A stretch of DNA of 64,000 nucleotides from an uncultured Gammaproteobacteria bacterium (GTDB lineage: Bacteria; Patescibacteriota; Patescibacteriia; 2-12-FULL-60-25), in contig CAYQAL010000001.1 in NCBI GenBank assembly GCA_964415465.1, positions 66,749-130,748 of the forward strand, given 5' to 3'. Every line of letters starts with the position of its first letter. Positions within the stretch are counted from its first letter, which is position 1. Shown here one piece after another: positions 8,581 to 18,337 of this stretch. A program made the translations under genes and the position numbers. Below the pieces are notes generated by a model. It was not told the DNA's origin and ran no database searches. It saw only the letters and a list, made by a program, of their open reading frames with translations.

Positions 8581-10395
8581 CTACGTTTTCTTTGACCCAC
8601 TCGTTTTGGCGAGGGCCATTGCCTCGGTGATCAATTCATCAATGTAGGCGAGGCCTTGTTCCCAGAAGCTCGGGTCGCGCAAGTCGATGCCGAATGGCTT
8701 CAGGAAGTCAGCCGGTGTTTTAGATCCACCTGCGCTGAGGAGTTCATGGTATTTCTTCACGAATGAAGCACCTTCTTTTCGATAGCGTGCAAAGAGCGAC
8801 AGGGTCAGAATCTCGCCGAACGCGTACGAATACACGTAGAACGGCGTATGGATGAAGTGGCCAATGTACTCCCACCAATAGCCGTAGTCATCGCGCATGT
8901 TCACTGAGTTGCCGAACATTTCGCGCTGACGTACGAGCCAACGCGTATTGATCTCTTCGGTGGTAAGCTCGCCTTTTTCTTGACCAAGCGCATGCAGGTC
9001 TTGCTCGAAGCGATACATGGCCGTCTGACGGAAGACGGTTGAGAACGTTTCTTCAATCTTCTGGAGGTAGAGCGCGAGCTTTTCTTTTGGATCCGTGATC
9101 TTTTCACGCAGTGCATCGAACACGAGCATTTCACCGAATACACTGGCCGTTTCGGCAAAGGTGAGCGGCATATCGAAGTTGAGGTAGCTTTGCTTGCGTG
9201 CCAAGCAGGCATGAACGGCATGACCAAGCTCGTGTGCCAACGTAGTGACGTCGTCGATGCCGCCCTTATAGTTCACGAGTACGTACGGATGAAGGTCGGT
9301 TGTGTTGAACATGCAGAAGGCACCGCCGCGTTTTCCGCTCCGTACCCCAGCATCGATCCATTTCTTATCGAAGAATTCACGCGCATGGTCCGCAAAGCTT
9401 GGAGAAAAGCGGTTGAAGGCATCAAGTACAATCTTTTTCGCTTGCTCAAACGTGAAGCTCGTTTTGTTCTCTGGAAGAGGAGCGTAGCGATCGTAATCAC
9501 AGAGCTCGGGGAGCTTTAGTAGCTGTTTTTTGAACCGATAATACTTGGCGACCATTCCATAGTGTTTGGTAATCGCTTCACTCATGGCATCCACGGTTGC
9601 TTGATCCGTTTCGTTGGACAAGTGTTGTGCCGCTTCAGGCGAAGCGTAGTTGCGGTAGCGGTCGAGCGTACGCTTATGCTGAAGAAGCGTGTTCGTAATG
9701 AACGTCATGCGATGCGCTTGTTCTTTGAGTCCGGTCGTCATGCTGTCGGCGGCCGCTTTGCGAATCTTGCGATTCGTATCATGCATGCCATGAAGCACGG
9801 CTTCTTGCGACAGGGTTGGTGTTTTGCTCTTACTCGTTGGCGATGCGTACTTAAAACGCGACAGCTCTTCTTCGTGTAAGCGTGTGAAGGCACCACCACT
9901 GCTTACGGAAAGATCGTTCAACAATTGCTCACGCGCCTCGTCTAAGCGATGTGGCTTGTAGTCGCGAATGCGGGACAAGTAATGCGAGTAGTTCGCGAGT
10001 TCTTTGGCTTTGATCAAGTTGACGAGCATTTTGTCAGGCAGTGCGCCGAGCTCCAATTCGAAGAACAAAAAATAGCGAGAGATTTCGAGGCTTTTAACGT
10101 CCACTTTTTGCAGGAAGGCGCCATTCTCTGGTTTGAGCGAGTCAGCGGCGTGCACGAGCGCTGCATAGATCTGTGGCTTCGCATATTCTTCAACTAGACG
10201 TTCGTACGTGCGAATCACGTTCTTGAGTTTCGCTGGTTGCTTGGCGAGGCCGGCGAGTTTTCCTTTGTAGGTTTTTTGGAAGCGTTCGGCTTGTGTTTTG
10301 CAGGTGGTGAGCGTTGCCTCGATCTTTGGATCACTGATCGAAGAAAACAGGTCCGACAGATCCCAGGCGGGCAGAGAAAGGGGTTTGGAAGGCAT
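8581..10395 (-). CDS. pepF: oligoendopeptidase F (M3B)
   Basis: HELGHAVH zinc motif in a 604-aa M3-like protein. Confidence 0.9.
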   Translation of the reverse strand: MPSKPLSLPAWDLSDLFSSISDPKIEATLTTCKTQAERFQKTYKGKLAGLAKQPAKLKNVIRTYERLVEEYAKPQIYAALVHAADSLKPENGAFLQKVDVKSLEISRYFLFFELELGALPDKMLVNLIKAKELANYSHYLSRIRDYKPHRLDEAREQLLNDLSVSSGGAFTRLHEEELSRFKYASPTSKSKTPTLSQEAVLHGMHDTNRKIRKAAADSMTTGLKEQAHRMTFITNTLLQHKRTLDRYRNYASPEAAQHLSNETDQATVDAMSEAITKHYGMVAKYYRFKKQLLKLPELCDYDRYAPLPENKTSFTFEQAKKIVLDAFNRFSPSFADHAREFFDKKWIDAGVRSGKRGGAFCMFNTTDLHPYVLVNYKGGIDDVTTLAHELGHAVHACLARKQSYLNFDMPLTFAETASVFGEMLVFDALREKITDPKEKLALYLQKIEETFSTVFRQTAMYRFEQDLHALGQEKGELTTEEINTRWLVRQREMFGNSVNMRDDYGYWWEYIGHFIHTPFYVYSYAFGEILTLSLFARYRKEGASFVKKYHELLSAGGSKTPADFLKPFGIDLRDPSFWEQGLAYIDELITEAMALAKTSGSKKT

Positions 10396-10405
10396 ACGTC
10401 GACTG

Positions 10406-10411
10406 AGTGTA
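10406..10411 (-). promoter_or_regulatory. -10-like TACACT 10 nt upstream of the pepF ATG
   Basis: Minus-strand ttTACACTcagtcgacgtATG; no SD. Confidence 0.35.
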
Positions 10412-10443
10412 AAAGACGGAGCTGAAATAGGCTAGGAGCCGTC

Positions 10444-10896
10444 TTATAGAGCGTTTTTCAGCACTGCTTCTACCACCTTGAACATCTCCTTGTACTGCGG
10501 ATACGGAATGTAATTCATGACTTCAGACAGCGGGACGAACATTCGTTCGCGCATAACGCCTTCGTCTGGATCAGGCTGGCGTTGATCGATTGCGACAACC
10601 GTTGCGATAAACCGCAGCTGATAGGCTTTGAGCACTCCATCTTCGAAGACTTCCTGATAGCCGATGAAGCGCGGATTCTCGACGCGCACATTTGTCTCTT
10701 CGTAGACTTCTCGAATAACCGTTTGTTCGTAGGTCTCGCCTGGCTCTGGTTGTCCGCCGGGAATATTCCAAGGGCGGTCAGGATGTTTTTGAAGGAGGAC
10801 GCGCTGTTGGTTATCCAGACACACGCCGTAGGCTTGTTTGATAGGGGAAAGTCCCTCCCACGACGAGGCGGGAACGAAGGTAAAGGTTTCAGGCAT
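10444..10896 (-). CDS. NUDIX hydrolase
   Basis: Nudix box GGQPEPGETYEQTVIREVYEETN. Confidence 0.85.
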   Translation of the reverse strand: MPETFTFVPASSWEGLSPIKQAYGVCLDNQQRVLLQKHPDRPWNIPGGQPEPGETYEQTVIREVYEETNVRVENPRFIGYQEVFEDGVLKAYQLRFIATVVAIDQRQPDPDEGVMRERMFVPLSEVMNYIPYPQYKEMFKVVEAVLKNAL

Positions 10897-10940
10897 GAAA
10901 AAAGTGTAGCAAGAAAGAGCGCGTTCTTTAAAATAAGATG

Positions 10941-10983
10941 GGCCCGGCCACCGTGTTCGTCCTCGCGAACGGGTGGCCGGGCC
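10941..10983 (-). terminator. GC-rich hairpin terminator
   Basis: GGCCCGGCCACC...GGTGGCCGGGCC: a 12-bp perfect stem plus an inner GTTCG/CGAAC stem, followed on the minus strand by a T-rich tract. Confidence 0.6.
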
Positions 10984-11003
10984 TTGGGTGGGGGAGCTTC
11001 CCC

Positions 11004-11153
11004 CTACGGCTTCTGCCTCTGTCGCTCCCTCAGGTTGAGGAGGTTCTTGGTGTTGCCCTCCTTGGTCCGTCGGCGCCGGCTGCGCTTGCGGTTCCGGTTC
11101 GGGTCGTCCTGCTTCTTCTTGCCCTTCGCTTCGTGATCTTCGTATCCGCTCAT
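11004..11153 (-). CDS. 49-aa highly basic small protein (MSGYEDHEAKGKKKQDDPNRNRKRSRRRRTKEGNTKNLLNLRERQRQKP)
   Basis: AGGAGG SD 8 nt upstream of the ATG. Nearly all codons end in G or C, unlike host genes. Lies 25 nt downstream of the ABC-F stop and is followed by a hairpin. Below the ORF-track size cutoff. Confidence 0.55.
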   Translation of the reverse strand: MSGYEDHEAKGKKKQDDPNRNRKRSRRRRTKEGNTKNLLNLRERQRQKP

Positions 11154-11178
11154 GGCAGACACCTCCTGGGGCAGGAAC

Positions 11179-12954
11179 CTAGCTCATTTCTTGAAAGTTT
11201 GCAAGCTTTTCAAGCTCTTCTTGAATTCGAATCCATTCGTGCTCTGTGTGGGCCAGAATCGTTTCAGCCTGGTGGAGTTCTTTTTGTCGTTCGATCGAGT
11301 AGCCCGTAGGATCCTTCAGATAGGCATCTAACAGCGCCTGACGCTTCTTTCCATAGTCATCCAGCTGCTTTTCGATCGTTTTTAATTGACGCTTGAGCTC
11401 TTGTGTTCGTTCATGCCGGTCACGCTTTTCTTGCTTGCGTGCTTCTTCGGCGAAGTCTGTTTCATCCATTGGGACCATCTCACGACGCGTATCCGAAACA
11501 TACTCTTCGTAGCCACGTGGGTCCAAGCCGGCACGGCCGTTTCGTACTTCGAGCAGGTGGGTAGCGAGTGTCTTAACGAACGTACGTGAGTGACTCACGA
11601 AGAGCACGGTTCCTTTCCAACGAGTGAGCGCTTCGGCGAGCGCCTCCGTTGTCTCCATGTCCAAATGGTTCGTCGGTTCGTCAAGTAATAAAATATCAGG
11701 ACGCCCTAAGAGGAGACCGGCCAAACACAGACGCGAACGTTCGCCACCACTCAATACCCCGATGGGTTTATCGAGGTCATCTTCACGAAACAGAAAGTCA
11801 CTTGCGAGTTGAAGAAGGTCTTGTCTCACGACCGCTTGATCAGAAGCGAGTTCCAAGTGGCGCATGACGGTGAGGCTTGGATCAAGCGACTCTGTGACGT
11901 GCTGTGCGTAGACGGCGGCCTTCAAGCGATTAGCGAGTGTAAACGTTCCATCAAGCGGAGCAATTTGTTCTGAGAGTGTTTTTAACAGCGTTGATTTTCC
12001 TTGGCCGTTTTCCCCAACAATCGCCACGCGCTCTCCACGCTGGATTTCAAACGTAATGCCAGAAGCGACCGTTCGATCTGGGTAACCAATACTCAGTTCA
12101 TGCGTACGGAGCGCAAACGTCTTCCGAAACTCCACTTGAGGAATCCGGAGTCGAATGGTTGGGAGTGGGGGATCAATCTCAAGCGTGTTCAGTTTCCGGA
12201 GTTGCTTCATCTTGGATTGTGCTTGCGTTGCCTTCGAGGCTTTGGCACGGAAGCGCGTGATGAATTCTTCTAGGTGCGCCCGTTGCTCTTCGACGTTTTT
12301 ATTGAAACGCTCACGCATTTGATCGCGTTCTTCTTTGTAGCGCTGATAGGTGTCGACATCGCCTGGGAAGCTTGTGGCTTTTCCACGCTCAAGCTCAACC
12401 GTTCGATCACAGACGTTCCGCAAAAACGTACGATCGTGGGAAATAATCAAACATGCGTGACGAAACTCGTTCAACCACGCTTCAAGCAAGAATTGCGTTT
12501 GAAGGTCAAGGTGGTTGGTCGGTTCATCAAGGAGGAGAAGGGCTGGGTCTTGCAGCGCGAGCAACGTCAGCAAGATGCGCATGCGATAACCACCAGACAA
12601 ATCGTTACAGGGACGTGCTAGATGCTCTCTCTTCAGTCCAAAGCGTGAAGCCTCTTTCGCGCAGGTCCAGCTGGGTTTGCCGCTCTTTTCCTCTAGATAG
12701 GCTTCGACGGTTACGTTGTCTGGAAACTCTGCATGCTGCTCCAGATAGCCAATTGTACAACTATCAAATTTCAGGACTTCCCCTTGATCAGCCGCCTCCT
12801 TACCCGCAATGATGCGCATGAGCGTAGATTTCCCAGCGCCATTCCGCCCAATCAATCCAATCTTTTGCCCATCAGCAACGCTAAACGCTACTCCATCAAG
12901 GACGTGTTGGAGTCCGTACGACTTGGTGAGTCCTTGAATCTGGAGCAATGTCAT
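11179..12954 (-). CDS. ABC-F family ATPase (two ABC cassettes, no TM domain; translation-factor type)
   Basis: Walker A GRNGAGKST and GENGQGKST, signatures LSGGYRMR and LSGGERSR, charged C-terminal coiled coil. Confidence 0.9.
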   Translation of the reverse strand: MTLLQIQGLTKSYGLQHVLDGVAFSVADGQKIGLIGRNGAGKSTLMRIIAGKEAADQGEVLKFDSCTIGYLEQHAEFPDNVTVEAYLEEKSGKPSWTCAKEASRFGLKREHLARPCNDLSGGYRMRILLTLLALQDPALLLLDEPTNHLDLQTQFLLEAWLNEFRHACLIISHDRTFLRNVCDRTVELERGKATSFPGDVDTYQRYKEERDQMRERFNKNVEEQRAHLEEFITRFRAKASKATQAQSKMKQLRKLNTLEIDPPLPTIRLRIPQVEFRKTFALRTHELSIGYPDRTVASGITFEIQRGERVAIVGENGQGKSTLLKTLSEQIAPLDGTFTLANRLKAAVYAQHVTESLDPSLTVMRHLELASDQAVVRQDLLQLASDFLFREDDLDKPIGVLSGGERSRLCLAGLLLGRPDILLLDEPTNHLDMETTEALAEALTRWKGTVLFVSHSRTFVKTLATHLLEVRNGRAGLDPRGYEEYVSDTRREMVPMDETDFAEEARKQEKRDRHERTQELKRQLKTIEKQLDDYGKKRQALLDAYLKDPTGYSIERQKELHQAETILAHTEHEWIRIQEELEKLANFQEMS

Positions 12955-13011
12955 TGCCCAAGATTCTGCCTTATTTATTGATCTATTGCCAGTTTTTCTT
13001 TTGACCTGTGA

Positions 13012-13485
13012 TTATTGTTGCATGCGTCGCATCACCAATGGATCACTGCCGGCTGGTCTGATTTGAATGTTGGAGGCTGTGAGACTGCCGTCTGAGTTGG
13101 CGGTCCCCATAACGGTGACGTTCGTGCCGTTCGTAAGATCGTTCATACTGCCATCGGTCATCTTTCCGATGCGAGTGGAAGAAGAGGTGAGGACGATCTT
13201 CGAGCCGCCATCCATGAGCTTGAGCGTAATACCCGAGTCGTCTTTGCTCACGATCTCGCCATTCGAAAACCCACCTCCGTTTGAAGCACCGTTGACCATA
13301 CCTCCAGCGAACCGGCCTCCACCGGCACCATTTGGTTGCCCAGCGCGTTGAGCTCCATTTGGAAATCCAGGCCGTCCGTTTGCTGGCGCTGCTTCTGGTT
13401 TGGCGTAGACCATGCCTCCGTAAAACCCAAGCCCACCTGCTGCGACAATACTTACGATAAGAGAGATGATGAATTTATTATTCAT
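13012..13485 (-). CDS. secreted or membrane-anchored Gly/Asn-rich protein with a C-terminal beta-rich domain
   Basis: ORF track trimmed to ATG 13485 (MNNKFIISLIVSIVAAGG...), which overlaps the permease stop by 8 nt. The C-terminal ~70 aa resembles that of ORF 17422..17871. Confidence 0.6.
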   Translation of the reverse strand: MNNKFIISLIVSIVAAGGLGFYGGMVYAKPEAAPANGRPGFPNGAQRAGQPNGAGGGRFAGGMVNGASNGGGFSNGEIVSKDDSGITLKLMDGGSKIVLTSSSTRIGKMTDGSMNDLTNGTNVTVMGTANSDGSLTASNIQIRPAGSDPLVMRRMQQ

Positions 13486-14698
13486 AACGTAATGCTTCAA
13501 TAGGATTAAGGTTCGCAGCCCGCGAAGCGGGGTAGAAGCCAAAGACCAAGCCGATCCCAACGGACACGCCAACCGCGAGGGCCACCGATGTCCACGAGAC
13601 AACCGTCGGCATCTGCATGAGTGAACTCAAGATCTTAGAGATGCCGTAGCCGAGGAGGATTCCGATCGCTCCGCCCATCAGTGTGAGCAGAATCGCTTCG
13701 CCTAAGAATTGATTCACGATTTCCGTCTTCTCAGCCCCGATCGCTTGGCGAAGGCCGATCTCGCGCGTGCGCTCAGTGACAGTGGTGAGCATCATGTTCA
13801 TGATGCCAATGCCGCCAACCAAGAGGGAGATGCCAGCGATTGAGGCGAGAAGAGCAGTGAAAGTATCAGTGATGCTTGAAGCGGCGCTCACGAGGTCTGA
13901 CTGGTTCAAGATGGTGAAATCAGCTCGATCCGGGGTTGGGATTTTATGCCGTTCAAGTAAGACGTTTGTGACCGCTTCTTGGGCGGCGGTCATTGAGGCG
14001 GCGTTCGTAGCCTGAACGCTGATGGTACTAATTGAATCATTGCCTGTGAGAAAGGCATTCAGTGTTGTGATGGGAATAAAGACGGTGTCATCTTGGTTCG
14101 CAAAGCCCGACCCACCTTTCGCGGCTGTAATACCAATGACGGTGAAATCGATGCCGTTTACACGGATGCGTTCACCGATCGGTGTTGTGCCTTCCCCGAA
14201 TAAGTCAGTTCGCGTCGTCGGACCCAGGACGGCAACTTTTGCCTTGGACGCAACCTGTGCGTCAGTAAAGAACGCACCGGTTTCCAGACTGACATTTCGG
14301 ACGCTGAGATACGCTGGGCTTGTTCCGAGAACCTGTGTATTCGTGTTTTTTCCTCGAGCGGTGACTTGATAGCGACGAGACGATTCAGGGGACACGGCTA
14401 AAACACCGGGAGTCCCGTGTAGGGCCGTCGCATCCTCAAGTGTGAGTGTTTGGGCTGAGCCACGGCCAGCGCTGACGGTCACGCCGGCGCCGCGTTGAGC
14501 GCCTGGCATGACGATAAGCAGGTTCGAGCCGATGGATTGAATGTTCGACTCGATTTGCGCCTTGGCGCCTTGCCCGATCGATAGCATGGCAATGACGGAA
14601 GCAATGCCGATGACGATCCCGAGCATCGTTAATCCAGAGCGGACTTTGTTCGAAGACACCCCTAAGTAAATTTCAGCGACTTGATCAGTGAGCTTCAT
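13478..14698 (-). CDS. MacB/FtsX-type ABC transporter permease
   Basis: N-terminal TM helix, large periplasmic-type domain, C-terminal FtsX-like 3 TM helices; 4-nt overlap with the ATPase gene. Confidence 0.85.
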   Translation of the reverse strand: MKLTDQVAEIYLGVSSNKVRSGLTMLGIVIGIASVIAMLSIGQGAKAQIESNIQSIGSNLLIVMPGAQRGAGVTVSAGRGSAQTLTLEDATALHGTPGVLAVSPESSRRYQVTARGKNTNTQVLGTSPAYLSVRNVSLETGAFFTDAQVASKAKVAVLGPTTRTDLFGEGTTPIGERIRVNGIDFTVIGITAAKGGSGFANQDDTVFIPITTLNAFLTGNDSISTISVQATNAASMTAAQEAVTNVLLERHKIPTPDRADFTILNQSDLVSAASSITDTFTALLASIAGISLLVGGIGIMNMMLTTVTERTREIGLRQAIGAEKTEIVNQFLGEAILLTLMGGAIGILLGYGISKILSSLMQMPTVVSWTSVALAVGVSVGIGLVFGFYPASRAANLNPIEALRYE

Positions 14699-15402
14699 AC
14701 ATGGGCAATCTGTTGGCGGACCTGTGTATTCGCTCGATCTTCTACGAGTTCACCGTCGCGAATTACGAGAATTCGTTCGGCGTGTTCTGCGACGTATGGT
14801 TCATGGGTAATGAGCACGATCGTGCGTCCTTGGCGGTGGAGTTTTTGGAATGTCCCGAGAACCAAGTCGCCCGTTTTTGAATCGAGGTTCCCAGTTGGTT
14901 CATCAGCCAAAATAATCGCCGGATCGTTCACAAGTGCACGAGCGATAGCAACGCGCTGCATTTGTCCACCTGATAATTGATTGGAGAGGTTTAGGTGTTT
15001 GTCTTCCGTCAGACCAGCGTCAATGAGCGCTTGGCCTGCGCGTTTTGCCCGTTCTTCACGTTCGACTTTGGCGTACACTAACGGTAGCGATACATTTCTG
15101 AGTGCGCTGGTGCGAGGAAGGAGGTGAAATGCCTGGAACACAAAGCCGATTTTGGTTTTTCGAATGCGTGCTAGCTCATCCGCGGGAAGGGAAGAGACGT
15201 CGACGCCATCCAAGAGATACGTTCCAGACGTAGGCGTATCGAGCGCCCCAATGATATGCATGAGCGTTGATTTGCCCGAGCCAGATGGTCCCATGATGGC
15301 CACGAATTCACCTTTTTTGATCGAAAACGAAACACCCTTTAAGACACGCGTTGTCTCTTTTCCGGTGCTATATTCTTTTATCAAGTCGCGCGCTTCAATC
15401 AT
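14695..15402 (-). CDS. ABC transporter ATP-binding protein (MacB/LolD-like)
   Basis: GPSGSGKST, LSGGQMQRVAIARAL, ILADEPTGNLD. Confidence 0.9.
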   Translation of the reverse strand: MIEARDLIKEYSTGKETTRVLKGVSFSIKKGEFVAIMGPSGSGKSTLMHIIGALDTPTSGTYLLDGVDVSSLPADELARIRKTKIGFVFQAFHLLPRTSALRNVSLPLVYAKVEREERAKRAGQALIDAGLTEDKHLNLSNQLSGGQMQRVAIARALVNDPAIILADEPTGNLDSKTGDLVLGTFQKLHRQGRTIVLITHEPYVAEHAERILVIRDGELVEDRANTQVRQQIAHV

Positions 15403-15405
15403 AGA

Positions 15406-17415
15406 TTAGCGCCCGACTTGGCGAACAAAGTTCCCGCCGCCAGCTGGAGCTCCTCCTCCGCCTCCGCTAAGCCCTGGAATACGTAATCCACCAACCGCAC
15501 CACCAGTTTGTGTTCCGGTACGAGCTGCGGCCGCTGCGGTCTGAGCTGGATCGATTGTTCGAGTCACGATGTACTCACCTTCCTGAAGGCCCGACGTGAT
15601 TTCGGTGAGCTGATCGTTCGCGAGTCCTGTTTCAACCGGGCGCGTTTCTGGTTCTGTTGGAGCGACGACTCCTTGAGGATTGTTCAAGGCAGATGTGTCT
15701 ACGCCACGGAGAATCTGAACGCTGCCACCTGTGCGGAGTGCTACATTTGGAATGGTGACCACATCCGTCGCGGTGTTTGTGATAATCGCTGCTGAGACAC
15801 TCATGCCCGGCTTGATACGATCATCTTGCGTCATGAAGAGGATCTTCACGCTGTAGTTCACGACGCCTTGCGTGACGGTCCCAATCGAATCAACTTCATT
15901 CACCGTTCCAGCGATGGTGAGGTCGGGGATCGCGTCGAACGTGAGCGTGGCTTTTTGTCCTCCCTTTACCTTAGACACGTCCACTTCGTTCAAGCTGATC
16001 TGAGCGATCTTTCCATGCGTAAGCAGTGTTGCGAGAGCCGTCGAAGCCGAAACCTGGTCGTGTTCTTTTACGGCAACTTTTGCGACAACGCCTTCGAATG
16101 GTGCGCGAATCGTATAGTTTTTGAGAAGCTCTTGAGCGTCGCGTAGTTTATTTTGCGCATCTGCAACACTCGCTCGACGTTGTGAAACGGTATTCTGAGA
16201 ACTCGCGATATCGAGTGGATCGGTTCCACGTTTTAGTTTTGCGAGCGAAGCCTTAGCTTCGGCGACGCGTTCCTCGGCAGAAGCAATTTCTTGTGGAGTT
16301 GCGCCTTTCTTTAATTTGTCCAAGTTCAAACGCGCTTTTTCCAAATTTCGCACGCCTGTGCGGTACGCCTCACGGGCGCTTTCAAGTGATTGAGTCAGGG
16401 AGGTGATGGATGTGAGTTTCGTTGTGATACTCGATCGATCCGAAAGAGCGGTGCTTTTCAGTCCATTCAAAGCACTCTCACTTAATGCCGCCGATGAAAC
16501 GGTGTTTTGCAGCACATCATAGACGCCTTGTGTAAGCGGATCCATCAAGTCGAGCGTACGTTTTGCTTTCTGAATAGCTTCATCGATTTTGTCGGTCGAT
16601 TCGTTTTGAGCGAGAAGCGCATCCGTGAGGGTCTTGAGCTCTCGCACGGGTTGGCGTGCCTGAGCATACAGCATCCGAGTATTCTGAAGTTTTCTTGAAT
16701 CCTGAGCAGACAGAAACGTTTCGTAGGAATCGTTGGCCATTGTCCGATCAACTCCCAACACATCATCCGCGCTATTTAGCACCTGGCTTACCGTTTGTGA
16801 AAGTGCTTTCAAGGTTGGAACCGCATTGTTGTAGGCATCTCGTAATCCTTTCGGCGTTACTCCATCTGAGGAAGTTTCTACATTCTCTTCTTGAGCCTGA
16901 ATATCAGCCTCTGCCTGACGAAGATCGAGTGCGTCTGGTGGTTCACGAAGTTGTTGAAGAGCGCGCTCCGCTTGACGGACACTGTTCTCCGCTTGAAGGA
17001 GTGTCACCTGGTCTGGCGGTTGCTGAAGTTTTCGCAACGACAACTCAGCTGATGCCAGAGAAATCTGTGCATCGCTTACGCTACGACTGGCATCGCGAAT
17101 TGTTTTTTGTGCTTCTTTCGGGTCGAGTTCAAATAACGGCTGACTGCTCGAAACGCTTTGTCCGGCTTGAACCAAAATCTTCACGAGCTCGGCAGAGACG
17201 CTTGGTTTGATGTCGATTTGATTTTGTCCGGATACCTGACCGCTCCCCGAGATGGTTGTAATGATCGTTCCACGACTGGCGGCGGCGAGCACATAGCGGA
17301 GCGGTTCTTTTGGTGTGCGTGTTTTTGCCCAGGCCGTGCCACCGCCGATCACAAGAACGCCAGCAACAACCAAAAGAACTTTGTGCTTCAAAAGCGTTGT
17401 ACGAAGTGCGGGCAT
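15406..17415 (-). CDS. HlyD/MacA-family periplasmic adaptor with an extended coiled coil and a Gly-rich tail
   Basis: N-terminal TM helix, long Q/A/L-rich coiled coil, C-terminal beta-barrel-like region; sits immediately upstream of the MacB-like pair. Confidence 0.8.
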   Translation of the reverse strand: MPALRTTLLKHKVLLVVAGVLVIGGGTAWAKTRTPKEPLRYVLAAASRGTIITTISGSGQVSGQNQIDIKPSVSAELVKILVQAGQSVSSSQPLFELDPKEAQKTIRDASRSVSDAQISLASAELSLRKLQQPPDQVTLLQAENSVRQAERALQQLREPPDALDLRQAEADIQAQEENVETSSDGVTPKGLRDAYNNAVPTLKALSQTVSQVLNSADDVLGVDRTMANDSYETFLSAQDSRKLQNTRMLYAQARQPVRELKTLTDALLAQNESTDKIDEAIQKAKRTLDLMDPLTQGVYDVLQNTVSSAALSESALNGLKSTALSDRSSITTKLTSITSLTQSLESAREAYRTGVRNLEKARLNLDKLKKGATPQEIASAEERVAEAKASLAKLKRGTDPLDIASSQNTVSQRRASVADAQNKLRDAQELLKNYTIRAPFEGVVAKVAVKEHDQVSASTALATLLTHGKIAQISLNEVDVSKVKGGQKATLTFDAIPDLTIAGTVNEVDSIGTVTQGVVNYSVKILFMTQDDRIKPGMSVSAAIITNTATDVVTIPNVALRTGGSVQILRGVDTSALNNPQGVVAPTEPETRPVETGLANDQLTEITSGLQEGEYIVTRTIDPAQTAAAAARTGTQTGGAVGGLRIPGLSGGGGGAPAGGGNFVRQVGR

Positions 17416-17421
17416 ACCATG

Positions 17422-17871
17422 TTAGCGACGTGGGAACAGGCGAATCAAGTGCGCTTCAATCTGACCTTGTTCGTTCGGCGCGCCAAAGACGCCTACTTCT
17501 GTGTTTGGTTGAATGTCTTGAAGCGTTGCAGTGCCACGCTCAGTGCGAATCGCGGTGGACGAGGTAATCAAGACGTTCTGTTCAAATGTATCCTGGCCAT
17601 CAATCACAAGATTTGTGCCAGTTGCTGAGAGCACGCGTCCGAAGACGCCATTGGGAAGAGGCATTGAGACACGTTTTGGAAGTGGTCGAATCATTCGATC
17701 GCCACGATGCGAGCGCATCATCTCTGGATAATGGTTGGACCAATTGGAGAAGTGGCGCATGCGTCGTTCGCTGGCTTTGACGCCTGCTAAAAATGAAACG
17801 CACATTAAGATAAGAACGGCCAAAATTCCCAGGATAATCTGTGCGACTCGTGAAGTGATGAGTGGTTGCAT
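17422..17871 (-). CDS. membrane-anchored small protein, paralogous C-terminal domain to 13012..13485
   Basis: N-terminal TM helix. The C-terminal pattern ...ITSSTAIRT...VGVFG...IEAHLIRL mirrors ...LTSSSTRIG...VTVMG...LTASNIQI. Confidence 0.55.
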   Translation of the reverse strand: MQPLITSRVAQIILGILAVLILMCVSFLAGVKASERRMRHFSNWSNHYPEMMRSHRGDRMIRPLPKRVSMPLPNGVFGRVLSATGTNLVIDGQDTFEQNVLITSSTAIRTERGTATLQDIQPNTEVGVFGAPNEQGQIEAHLIRLFPRR

Positions 17872-17898
17872 AAAAACAGACGGATAGAGGAAGAAGCG

Positions 17899-18309
17899 TT
17901 AGGTGAGTTGAGGGGAAAGAGTGTGACGCACTTCGCGCAAACGTAAACTAAACCCGATGGTGCAGGTCAAACACAGGATGACGCCAAGTCCAAGCAGAAT
18001 GGATTGAACAGGAGCGGTTTCAATGAGGCTCCAGGTTGTTTCTTGAAGGTTGGAGAATAAAATATCCGGATCAGAGATGATAAGGCGCGCGAGAGGGACG
18101 AAGGACGACTCTTGAAGATCAAGCCAGATGGCTTGCCAGGACCAGAGAAGATAACTGGCAAGGCTGAGGGTTGCGACGAACGCAATGCTTGCTTCAATCC
18201 AGATTTGCCGCAGCATCGATCGTTCTATTTCGGCCATAATGGACGCCTGAAGTCGGTCAGGGGCGTCTGGACTCGCTAGATGGGCCTTCAAAAACACGCG
18301 CTCTTGCAT
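17899..18309 (-). CDS. putative anti-sigma factor (membrane protein)
   Basis: Position directly downstream of the ECF sigma gene; short cytoplasmic N-terminus followed by TM helices. No motif-level support. Confidence 0.45.
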   Translation of the reverse strand: MQERVFLKAHLASPDAPDRLQASIMAEIERSMLRQIWIEASIAFVATLSLASYLLWSWQAIWLDLQESSFVPLARLIISDPDILFSNLQETTWSLIETAPVQSILLGLGVILCLTCTIGFSLRLREVRHTLSPQLT

Positions 18310-18337
18310 ATTGCTACCGATAGTACGACCAAAATGG

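Larger units (their letters stand above)
10938..11178. other. high-GC island 1 (~240 bp)
   Basis: Abrupt shift to GC-rich sequence between the NUDIX gene and the ABC-F stop. Contains an SD, a GC3-rich mini-gene and a GC hairpin. Confidence 0.6.
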
